In this document: one piece after another, positions 1 to 8,390 of the stretch
How positions within the stretch are numbered: position 1 is the first letter of the stretch
Layout: each line of letters opens with the position of its first letter
Source of the DNA: Opitutaceae bacterium
GTDB taxonomy: Bacteria > Verrucomicrobiota > Verrucomicrobiia > Opitutales > Opitutaceae
DNA length: 64,000 nt
NCBI GenBank assembly: GCA_028284385.1
Contig: JANQRT010000005.1
Coordinates: 15,660-79,659, forward strand
Direction: 5' to 3'
Translations under genes and position numbers: made by a program
Notes under the pieces: generated by a model
What the model was told of the DNA's origin: nothing
The model's database searches: none
Seen by the model: only the letters and a program-made list of their open reading frames with translations

Positions 1-135
1 GGGCCGAACTCGGTTCCCTGCTCAGCGCTCATCAGAAGCATGTCATGACCCAACCTGCGTTGGTTATCTGGCCTGGTGTAGTCCTTAGCGGAATACTCTG
101 GCTGATTCGGCAGGCGCGTATCGAATAATGCTGGC

Positions 136-807
136 TCAACGAGAGGCTGGTTTCTTTGCCCCAATCCCGTAAGACAGGTCTGAAAAGCGCTTTACATCAA
201 CTGGGTCGAAGCCCGTTTTTTCCAGTTCCAATACCGAATCGTCCACTACCCAGAAGAATTCTTCCTCGATCGCGACGGCTGTCGTCTCTTCCCCTCTTTT
301 TCGATAGGAATCTATCTGCAATTTCCTCGAAGCTTCTGTCTCTAGCATTAGGTCGCCAAATACAGCTATGCCACCTGGCGATAATCGATTCCAAATTCTC
401 TTAAAGAAAACCTTCTTTTCCTCATCGATTAAATGATGAGCTGTGTAAGTACTGACGATCGTATCGAAAAAGCCGATATCCTTAATCAGAATTTCTAGGA
501 TATCATCCTCGATAAATGAACGGTTAGCGAGATGGCTTAACTTGGTTGCGCCTAACTTTTCCATCTTTGTAGAAATATCCACGCAGACGATCTCTCGACA
601 TGTCTTTATCTTTCTTGTCAAATTTCCTGTGCCGGATCCCAATTCAAGAACCCGCGACTTTTCGTTAACGTTTGCATAGTCTACGACCCATTGAAGTGTA
701 GCCTCGTAACCCGCTCGAATAGGATCGCTTAGCTCGTTCTTGACGTCCTCGTCGTATTCGTTCGCGCAGTCATCGTGATTGTACTCGTCTACGTGTAAGC
801 TTCTCAT
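136..807 (-). CDS. class I SAM-dependent methyltransferase
   Basis: 223-aa ORF with the SAM-binding motif I VLELGSGTGNLT and a Rossmann-like alternating pattern. It is the last gene of a same-strand cluster with two ABC genes. Confidence 0.8.
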   Translation of the reverse strand: MRSLHVDEYNHDDCANEYDEDVKNELSDPIRAGYEATLQWVVDYANVNEKSRVLELGSGTGNLTRKIKTCREIVCVDISTKMEKLGATKLSHLANRSFIEDDILEILIKDIGFFDTIVSTYTAHHLIDEEKKVFFKRIWNRLSPGGIAVFGDLMLETEASRKLQIDSYRKRGEETTAVAIEEEFFWVVDDSVLELEKTGFDPVDVKRFSDLSYGIGAKKPASR

Positions 808-822
808 GAAAAATCTGGTTCT

Positions 823-1161
823 TCAGGTGGCATCGTGATTGATTCGTCCCGTTCTTAGGTACCTGGCGTAAACCGCTTTCGCTTGGCGTGAGATTTTCGG
901 ATTCCGGTCCCACTGCATCTTGCGGATGGCCTCCGCAACATCGTCTTCACGTTGTTTGGGAGAGCCATCAATGAAAGTGTGTAGCGTAATTCTGCGGACA
1001 TCGTCATCCGAATCCTCTGCCAAAGCCAGTAGACGGTCCCACATTTCCGGTACATAGGCTTTGATCTCGCAAGGACAAAGCTCTCGGGTGGCAGCTTTGC
1101 GCTTATTGCTATTCGGATCGAAGGTGGCTTCTATGAGATCGTCAATAGCAGCTGTTTTCAT
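823..1161 (-). CDS. small HEAT-repeat-like helical protein (hypothetical)
   Basis: 112-aa ORF packed between the ABC gene and the methyltransferase. The composition is helical and acidic (LALAEDSDDDVRRITLHTF). No catalytic motif recognised. Confidence 0.5.
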   Translation of the reverse strand: MKTAAIDDLIEATFDPNSNKRKAATRELCPCEIKAYVPEMWDRLLALAEDSDDDVRRITLHTFIDGSPKQREDDVAEAIRKMQWDRNPKISRQAKAVYARYLRTGRINHDAT

Positions 1162-1184
1162 ATTCTAGAAATTAACACGATTTC

Positions 1185-3038
1185 CTAGCTCGCTTCCAGC
1201 TCCTGGCGAACGCGTTCGCGACGAAACTGATTTACGTACAATTCGTAGTAATGGCCACGATTCGCCAGAAGCTCTTCGTGAGTTCCTTGCTCTTCAATTT
1301 CGCCCTTTTGAATTACGAGAATTTGGTCGGCTGATCGGATTGTCGATAGTCGGTGCGCAATGACAAAGCTAATACGGCCTTCAAATACCTTGCTCATTCC
1401 CTCCTGAATGAGTTTTTCAGTTTCCGTATCAATGGATGAAGTAGCTTCGTCCATAATAAAGATCTGCGGATTGGCGATTAAGGCTCGGGCGAATGAAACC
1501 AACTGCTTCTCTCCAGTGGACAACAGTGCTCCTCCTTCTCCAATTTTGGTTTCATATCCATCGTCCAACTTCATGACGAATTCGTGGGCGTTTACGATTT
1601 TGGCAGCCTCGATGATTTCTTCATCCGTAGCATCTAGGCGTCCGTAGCGAATATTTTCACAGATGGAACCATTAAAGAGATGCGGTGTTTGCAGCACGAT
1701 GCCGAGCTGGCCTTGTAGCCAATCCAGACTTCGCTTACGATAATCGACATCGTTGAAAAGCAGTTGACCTTCGGTGGGCTCGTAGAAACGAGAGACCAGG
1801 CTTACGATGGTCGACTTGCCGCCTCCACTTGGTCCTACCAAAGCGATCGTTTGCCCACGTGTGACGGTCAAATTGAAATTCTTCAACACCGCCTCCTTAT
1901 CATTGTATGAAAAGCTCAGATTCTTGAATTCAATCTGGTTAATGATATGGGGATAGCCATCGCATGCTATGTTCGGATCCATTGAGGACGACTCCGCATA
2001 GGTGGCGATTCGATTTTTCACTTCTTCCGAGTCCTTGATTTTCGGATACGTCGCCAGAAGCCCCATGACGCGTTCGCCAGCAGCTTGGGCGCCTTGCATT
2101 TCCGCGAGGACCATGGCGATTTGGTTGATTGGGAAAAAGAAGCTACCAGCAAAGCTGATGAACATTACGAGCGTTCCCAAGCTTATGTATCCACTAAGGA
2201 CGCTGTGGCCGCCGTACCACAGAGCCAGCCCGGAGCCGATACTCCCAATGGTCATAACCAATGGGAGATAAACAGCTCCGAGCATAGCTCTGCGGACCGA
2301 TGCGCCATACATGTCTGTCGACATGCCTTCGAATTCACTCAAGGCTTGCTTCTCCCTCCCCAGGGTTTTGGTGGTCTTTACACCTGCTATGCCTTCATTA
2401 TATGACGCGGTGATTCTCGCATTGTGTTTCCTGATCTGGCGCGAGGCCAGCAACATGCGTTTTTGAAAGAATCTACTGATTACGATGAGCGGTGGAATCG
2501 TTGAAAGCACCACCAGGGCTAGCTTCCAATTAATGGCTAGCATGACCGCCGACATGGCGAGCACATAGAATACGCCCCAGACCAGGTCGAGGAATCCCCA
2601 AGCCAGAATTCGGGAGAGCCGATCGCAATCCGCGGTTAGTCGAGATATAAGCCAACCCGTGGGCTGCGCGTCGTAGAAAGCGAATTCCAGCTCTTGTAGA
2701 CGTTGGAAGCAATCTCGCTTGATATCATGACTTATGTGATGGGAAATTCCTCCTGCGCATCTTATGAATACAAGAACAAGAATGCTGAGTGTGACAGCTA
2801 GCGAAAAGTAGATCGCTCCTGGTTTCCATACTTCAATGACGGGTCGACCCTGCTCGACGATTTCTATGGCGACCTTTGTCGCGAAAGGAAAAAGGGCTTC
2901 CACGACGCTTAGCAGAAGCGCTGACGAGGTCAGCGGAATCAACAATCGTTTATGACCAAGGGCGAACTTGGAAATACGTTTCCACAGGTCGAGGTCTAGC
3001 TTGTTGCGAAATTCTTCTTCTATATATGGTTGGCTCAT
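1185..3038 (-). CDS. ABC transporter permease/ATP-binding protein (exporter half-transporter, MdlB-like)
   Basis: N-terminal 6-TM region, then Walker A GPSGGGKST, signature LSTGEKQ and Walker B IFIMDEATSSID. The ORF track extends to 3230, but that overlaps the upstream gene. The internal Met (MSQPYIEEEF...) at 3038 gives a typical N-terminus. Confidence 0.88.
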   Translation of the reverse strand: MSQPYIEEEFRNKLDLDLWKRISKFALGHKRLLIPLTSSALLLSVVEALFPFATKVAIEIVEQGRPVIEVWKPGAIYFSLAVTLSILVLVFIRCAGGISHHISHDIKRDCFQRLQELEFAFYDAQPTGWLISRLTADCDRLSRILAWGFLDLVWGVFYVLAMSAVMLAINWKLALVVLSTIPPLIVISRFFQKRMLLASRQIRKHNARITASYNEGIAGVKTTKTLGREKQALSEFEGMSTDMYGASVRRAMLGAVYLPLVMTIGSIGSGLALWYGGHSVLSGYISLGTLVMFISFAGSFFFPINQIAMVLAEMQGAQAAGERVMGLLATYPKIKDSEEVKNRIATYAESSSMDPNIACDGYPHIINQIEFKNLSFSYNDKEAVLKNFNLTVTRGQTIALVGPSGGGKSTIVSLVSRFYEPTEGQLLFNDVDYRKRSLDWLQGQLGIVLQTPHLFNGSICENIRYGRLDATDEEIIEAAKIVNAHEFVMKLDDGYETKIGEGGALLSTGEKQLVSFARALIANPQIFIMDEATSSIDTETEKLIQEGMSKVFEGRISFVIAHRLSTIRSADQILVIQKGEIEEQGTHEELLANRGHYYELYVNQFRRERVRQELEAS

Positions 3039-3169
3039 GGCTTCTAAAAAGTGGCCACGGAGAGCGCGGAGATGGCCCGCTCTTGATTCGTTTCCTGAGC
3101 GTTCCCGTTTGCTATGCTTTTCCCCTCCTGCATCCTTCCGCGTCTCCGTGGCTGAAATTGGCTTTCCTA

Positions 3170-5026
3170 TCAAGAGGCGGTCATGGCCTCTTTTTCGAAT
3201 GATTCTTCTAATCGGGTTTGAATGTCCCAAAGGCGTTTATACAGCCCTTCCTCTTTCGTTAAAATGTCGTGCGTACCCGTTTGAATGATACGGCCTTTTT
3301 CCATGACGATTATCTTATCGGCGTGGGCCAAGGTAGAAAGGCGGTGGGCGATGACTATGGTTGTGTGTTTTCCATGCCGATTCTTCAAGGCGTCGATAAT
3401 GGCCGATTCGGTTTCGTTGTCTACGGCGCTTAAGGCATCGTCTAGAAGTAGAATGGGCGTTTCGGCTAGCAGCGCTCTCGAAATGGCGACGCGTTGGCGT
3501 TGGCCGCCTGACAAAGTGATGCCTCTTTCTCCGATCTCGGTATCATATCCTTCCGAAAATTGCGTGATGGTCTCATGGATACTTGCCAGTCGGGCGACTT
3601 CATGAATCGCCTTTTCTTCAGCGGCTTGATTGCCAAAGCGAATGTTTTCCTTTATCGATCGCGAATAGAGAAAGGGTTCTTGCAGGACCACTCCAAACTG
3701 CTCGCGCACGTATTGGCGATCAAGTTCCTGAATATTGAAGCCGTCCAAAAGGATTTCCCCTTTTTCGCAGTCGTAGAATCGAAGCATTAGATGCATCAGC
3801 GTTGATTTGCCTGCTCCTGATGGACCAAGAATGGCCAACGTTTCGCCGGGCTCCACTTCGAAGCTAATATTCTCGACGGTCGGATCGCTATCAGAGTGGG
3901 AAAAGGTGACCCCTCTCATGACAATGCTGCCCGAAGTAGGAAGTTTCGGCCGAATCTTCACGACGTCGGTCTCCGTCTCAACCGGTTCTATCAGGATTTC
4001 ATTGATACGATTGATAGCGACGATCGTCTTTCCAAGATCCGTCAATATTCGACCCATCATGCGGACCGGCCAAAGTACCATATTCAGCAAGGCTAGGAAT
4101 CCGAAGAGGGTGCCGATGGTTGTCATGCCCTTTACTGCCATGTAAGTTCCGGCTACGAGAGCCAGGCAGATCTGAGTCAGATTCAGCATATCTGAAGGGG
4201 CCCAGAATAGGGACATCAATCGCGTCAGACGCAGGCTTGTGTCTCGATATTCCTGGTTGGGTTTGGAGAATTTATCGATTTCAAAATCGTGCTTGCCGAA
4301 GGCTCTAACTACTCGAATGCCGGTAATATTCTCCTGAACCACTGCTGTTAGCCGGCCTTCGGACTCGTCTACATCCTTGAAGATCCGCTTTACCCGTTTG
4401 AAGTAGATATAGCCAAATCCAACAATAATTGGTATCATAATTGTCGATACCAGAGTGAGCCAGACGTTCATGAGGAGCATGATGGGCAAAACGGTGACCA
4501 GCAATATAAGAGCCCTGCCGATTTCCACGACGTGGGCGGCGAGAAAAAGGCGAATGGTTTCAATATCGGATGTACATCGCTGTAGAAGATCGCCGGTCTG
4601 CGATTGATCCAGGTAGCGGTTGGCCATGCGCTGGATATGGTTGTAAAGCTTGTCCTTCAGACCTTTGCATATTCCATCGGAAGCGATTGACGCCTTTCTT
4701 TTCTGAATAAAGCTGAATAGACTACCGACGATGGCGAATCCAAGCATGGCGATGGCTGGAAGCCAGAGGTGTTCCTTCACCATTTCAGAGCCGCCAATCA
4801 TCCAGATCACTCTTTCGAGGAGCGGATTTGCTTCGCTAGTTCCCTCCACTAGCACGAAATCGATCGTAGCGCTCCCGATAAGCGGAACGAAAAACTGAAA
4901 GGCGGTTGAAAGAAAAAGCGCTAAGGCTGCAATGCCGTAGGGGAGGCGGTGGTTATCGATAAGATTCCAAATCAGTTTGTGAGCGGATGTAGCTCCGCCC
5001 TGGCTATTTGGTAGCTGATGGTTCAT
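3170..5026 (-). CDS. ABC transporter permease/ATP-binding protein (exporter half-transporter, MdlA-like)
   Basis: TM domain followed by Walker A GPSGAGKST, signature LSGGQRQR and Walker B LLLDDALSAVD. Paired with the downstream paralog, which suggests a heterodimeric exporter. Confidence 0.9.
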   Translation of the reverse strand: MNHQLPNSQGGATSAHKLIWNLIDNHRLPYGIAALALFLSTAFQFFVPLIGSATIDFVLVEGTSEANPLLERVIWMIGGSEMVKEHLWLPAIAMLGFAIVGSLFSFIQKRKASIASDGICKGLKDKLYNHIQRMANRYLDQSQTGDLLQRCTSDIETIRLFLAAHVVEIGRALILLVTVLPIMLLMNVWLTLVSTIMIPIIVGFGYIYFKRVKRIFKDVDESEGRLTAVVQENITGIRVVRAFGKHDFEIDKFSKPNQEYRDTSLRLTRLMSLFWAPSDMLNLTQICLALVAGTYMAVKGMTTIGTLFGFLALLNMVLWPVRMMGRILTDLGKTIVAINRINEILIEPVETETDVVKIRPKLPTSGSIVMRGVTFSHSDSDPTVENISFEVEPGETLAILGPSGAGKSTLMHLMLRFYDCEKGEILLDGFNIQELDRQYVREQFGVVLQEPFLYSRSIKENIRFGNQAAEEKAIHEVARLASIHETITQFSEGYDTEIGERGITLSGGQRQRVAISRALLAETPILLLDDALSAVDNETESAIIDALKNRHGKHTTIVIAHRLSTLAHADKIIVMEKGRIIQTGTHDILTKEEGLYKRLWDIQTRLEESFEKEAMTAS

Positions 5027-5087
5027 TCCCTCGGAGAAGATTGCTGGATTGGCTAGTTAGAGAAGAGTTTCCTATGGGTTTTCGGGC

Positions 5088-5120
5088 AAAAAAACGGCCC
5101 GCTTTTCGAGAAAGCGGGCC
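5088..5120 (-). terminator. rho-independent terminator (minus strand) upstream of the ABC operon
   Basis: Perfect 10-bp stem GGCCCGCTTT (5096-5105) / AAAGCGGGCC (5111-5120) with a 5-nt loop. On the minus strand it is followed by seven T (plus-strand A run 5088-5094). Confidence 0.65.
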
Positions 5121-5424
5121 ACATAGGGATGGGAGGGAAAGTCTAAAGCGACCCGCTGTTGCTTCTTTTGTGACGCGGGCGCTGGCTATCTGAGTTTTTA
5201 TTCAGTATCTATAAGCGCGCCCTACATTCGCCACATAGAGGCGTGTCATGTTAATATGGGAGAGCGATGTATTCATGTTTTAGATGCTGTTCAGTCCAGA
5301 TGCTATATTTAAGGTAATGACCAGAATTCAGCCTCACGCAAGCAAAACTTTCAGAAAGATTGGTCTAAAATAGGATGTGGGCTCGCCTTTACTCTTCTGC
5401 TAATCCTCCTATCAAAGTCATCTG

Positions 5425-6303
5425 ATGTCTTCTGGGCAGCTAAACGAATCCTATCGGGGGCGACTTGCCCCCACGCCCACGGGCTATTTGCACTTGGGTC
5501 ACGCTCGAACCTTCCTCGCTGCCCAAAAACGGTCTCTCGATGCGAAGGGACAACTCGTTTTGCGCGTCGAGGACCTGGATCAAGCTCGCTGCAAGTCTGA
5601 ATTCGTAGATTCGCTTGAAGCCGACCTCCATTGGGCAGGACTTCGTTGGACAGAGGGTCCTGATTCAGGCGGAACCTGCGGTCCATATGCCCAAAGTCAG
5701 CGTCGTGATCACTACATTCAGGCTCTTTCCCAGTTGAGGAACGGAGGATATATTTTCCCCTGTTCCTGCTCACGCAAGGATGTTCAATTGGCTGCCTTGG
5801 CTCCACATGACGAGGAAGGAGAAGTTATCTATCCAGGCACTTGTCGCGGGAAAACCGGCGCCTCAATCGATGATGATCAGGTTTTAGAAACGAATTGGCG
5901 ATTCAAAGTCCCCTACGAAAGGCAAGTTACCTTCAAGGACAATAATCTCGGTTCGCAAAGCTTTTGCGCGGGTAGGGATTTTGGCGATTTTCTTGTCTGG
6001 CGACGCGATGGCATTCCCTCCTACGAATTGGCCGTTGTGGTAGACGATGCTGCTATGACCATCACTGAGGTGGTTCGAGGCGAGGATTTGCTATTATCGA
6101 CGGCGAGGCAGCTTTTGCTTTATGAAGCCCTCGGTCTCGTTTCTCCCGAGTTTTATCATTGTCCACTGGTCTGCGACGAGTCAGGGCGTCGGTTAGCCAA
6201 GCGAAACAAGGCTCTTAGTCTTCGCGAGCTCCGTTTGAAAGGAATAGATCCCAATATCTTGATGACAGACGACTTTGATAGTGTTGTCAGAACACTCATG
6301 TAG
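5425..6303 (+). CDS. gluQ: tRNA glutamyl-Q(34) synthetase (GluQRS)
   Basis: 292-aa truncated GluRS-like protein. It has the HIGH-type motif TPTGYLHLGHA and the KMSKS-like RLAKR, and lacks an anticodon-binding domain. Confidence 0.85.
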   Translation: MSSGQLNESYRGRLAPTPTGYLHLGHARTFLAAQKRSLDAKGQLVLRVEDLDQARCKSEFVDSLEADLHWAGLRWTEGPDSGGTCGPYAQSQRRDHYIQALSQLRNGGYIFPCSCSRKDVQLAALAPHDEEGEVIYPGTCRGKTGASIDDDQVLETNWRFKVPYERQVTFKDNNLGSQSFCAGRDFGDFLVWRRDGIPSYELAVVVDDAAMTITEVVRGEDLLLSTARQLLLYEALGLVSPEFYHCPLVCDESGRRLAKRNKALSLRELRLKGIDPNILMTDDFDSVVRTLM

Positions 6304-6316
6304 CCTCTTGGCGCCT

Positions 6317-7897
6317 TCAATCATAGGAGACGATAAGTCTGAAATCGTATATAGCGAAGCTCAATGCCCTTGGATCTGGATTAATACGAGTGGCCATTTG
6401 AGGAGACTCGATTTTCAAACGATTCATTCCAGGAGCGAGCGTCATAGGTACGTTTAGTTGGCTGGAGTAACCACTGCTGCTGGTGTATTTCCAGATTTGG
6501 GCCTCATTTAATGAAAGCCCGATTTCTCGCGGATCCAAAGTTTTGGCAGTAAAACGAAACTCCGCGTCTATTGGCTGGCTGTTGGGATTGGTAATCTCTA
6601 TCCAAGCGCTCCCACTCGACCATCGCCAATAGCGTTCTCTATCCCCTTCCTCCTGATACCAACCTTGACCGAAAATAAGGTCCCGATAGGTCTTTCGTTC
6701 AAAGTCATATACGACGCCCGACGCTCCCTCCAAACGAGTGGTTTCCTGAATTCGAGTAAAATCAAACTGGCTGACTCCGAATACTGCGGAAAGATTAATC
6801 AGAACTAGGGCTGGAGCCAATCGGGCTTCTCGGGAAAAAAGGATGTTGAAGCTGACTAGGAGCGGCAACGCTAGTCGGTAAATCGCCCACTGATCGTCCA
6901 GCCAGACTTCCTTGCTGGCTAGTCCCAGCAAAATGCAAAAACCAATGCCTACACGTCTCCACGCGGAATTCCTGGGCGCGAAGAAGATCACGTAAACGCC
7001 CTGGAAAACGACTGATCCGATCAGAAGCAGTGTTACGAAAAAAGACATTCGAAATCCCGTTTCACCAGCATCTTTGAGATTTTCGAGCAGAGCTTTGGCC
7101 AACCCGAGCAGCGGGAAGTCGAGGAACGTGGATTGCGACCAGAAGGCTAGCGCGTTGCCGTAGGATAAAATAAGCCACGCTGTCCATCCAATGAGCGGGA
7201 CTAAGGTCAGAGCCATTAACGAAACCCCTCTGGCTTGTTTCTCCTCCTCAAAGAAAGAACCGCCTGCTAGCAAATTCGTCTCTTTACCCAAGCCGGCGAA
7301 TCCCAAAACGATGGCAGCTGGCCATAAATGAGAGCCTTCTAGCAATCGCATAGCCAATAAAATGAAAAAGAGGCTGGGGCCTTCGAGAAACGCGTACTGC
7401 AAGCTCGATAAGAGTCCCACCGAAAACAGAATGCCAGCATAGCGAATGACGTTTTGCCAATCGTTTGGAGGAAACCAGCGAAGCAGAAGCCAGGCGGATC
7501 CTAGCCAGAAAATGAAATTTTGAATACAGTAGGCTTGCAAAATCCAATTTGGTTTGCCGAATCCAAGGATATATGCCGTCCATGAGAAAAAGATGCGATG
7601 AGCTTGGAATGTGGATACGGATTCGGCATTGCCAATCGGATCCAAAGCGTTTTTCGCGTAATGCTGGCCTGAATATCCGTCGCTATGGGAGTGAATAAAG
7701 CGTTTGGCTTTCAGCAAAGCGTCGCTTTGGGCGCTTTTTTCGGAATCGCCGAAATGCGCCAACTGAGTGAGGCCGAAACGCGAATCATACTGCCCGATCA
7801 TGGAAACGACAACATACAACCCTATGATCATGTAGATCAGAAAATAAAGCTTGTGGGCATGCTTTGATGCCAAGTCTTTAATCAGATCGACGTTCAT
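6317..7897 (-). CDS. polytopic membrane protein, possible GT-C-type glycosyltransferase (hypothetical)
   Basis: 526-aa ORF with about 10 hydrophobic segments, then a soluble C-terminal region of about 150 aa (GWYQEEGDRERYWRWSSGSAWIEI...). The functional call is tentative. Confidence 0.55.
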   Translation of the reverse strand: MNVDLIKDLASKHAHKLYFLIYMIIGLYVVVSMIGQYDSRFGLTQLAHFGDSEKSAQSDALLKAKRFIHSHSDGYSGQHYAKNALDPIGNAESVSTFQAHRIFFSWTAYILGFGKPNWILQAYCIQNFIFWLGSAWLLLRWFPPNDWQNVIRYAGILFSVGLLSSLQYAFLEGPSLFFILLAMRLLEGSHLWPAAIVLGFAGLGKETNLLAGGSFFEEEKQARGVSLMALTLVPLIGWTAWLILSYGNALAFWSQSTFLDFPLLGLAKALLENLKDAGETGFRMSFFVTLLLIGSVVFQGVYVIFFAPRNSAWRRVGIGFCILLGLASKEVWLDDQWAIYRLALPLLVSFNILFSREARLAPALVLINLSAVFGVSQFDFTRIQETTRLEGASGVVYDFERKTYRDLIFGQGWYQEEGDRERYWRWSSGSAWIEITNPNSQPIDAEFRFTAKTLDPREIGLSLNEAQIWKYTSSSGYSSQLNVPMTLAPGMNRLKIESPQMATRINPDPRALSFAIYDFRLIVSYD

Positions 7898-7907
7898 CGA
7901 GCTCTTC

Positions 7908-8390
7908 TCAGGCCTCTCGCAGAGAGAAGGTAGGAAAGGCTCCCTCTTTTTCGATTAGTTCCAAGGCTTGATTTTCGGCGTTTCGCATTTCCATTTTATC
8001 ATCTTCATTTCGATCATCAAAACCGCACAAGTGAAGGTATCCATGAACAAGATACAGTGCTAATTCCTTCGCAAAATCTTTGCCATTGGCAGACGAATAC
8101 TCCTGGGCAACTTCGGGACACGTGCAGATTTCTCCTGCCAAGCCTGCGTCTATGTCCCCAGGGAAAGTGATTACATCGGTAGGGCTCGAATCCTCCATGA
8201 ACTGTTCGTGGAGCTGACAGATCTTTTCTCGGTCCACGAAGGCGATAGACAGTTCACCCGCAGGAGCGTCGAACGACCCCCTTTTGTCTAGCAGATCAAT
8301 GAGGCGGAATATTTCCTTTTCGTCGTAGTCGAGTCGCGAGCAGTGGCTACTGACGAGCGCTCGCTTCGATTCTTTCTGACTTTCGCTCAT
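7908..8390 (-). CDS. ybeY: rRNA maturation endoribonuclease YbeY
   Basis: 160 aa with the metal-binding motif HGYLHLCGFDD. Sits in the conserved phoH-HD hydrolase-ybeY context. Confidence 0.9.
   Translation of the reverse strand: MSESQKESKRALVSSHCSRLDYDEKEIFRLIDLLDKRGSFDAPAGELSIAFVDREKICQLHEQFMEDSSPTDVITFPGDIDAGLAGEICTCPEVAQEYSSANGKDFAKELALYLVHGYLHLCGFDDRNEDDKMEMRNAENQALELIEKEGAFPTFSLREA

Noticed and set aside
1-135. Possible partial gene at the left edge of the window
   Set aside because: Only short open frames are visible, such as a minus-strand ATG at 41 running off the edge. There is no motif and too little sequence to support a call.
3039-3230. N-terminal 64-aa extension of the second ABC gene in the ORF track
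   Set aside because: It overlaps the 3' end of the upstream ABC gene by 61 nt and encodes a basic, low-complexity peptide. The internal Met at 3038 gives a normal exporter N-terminus.
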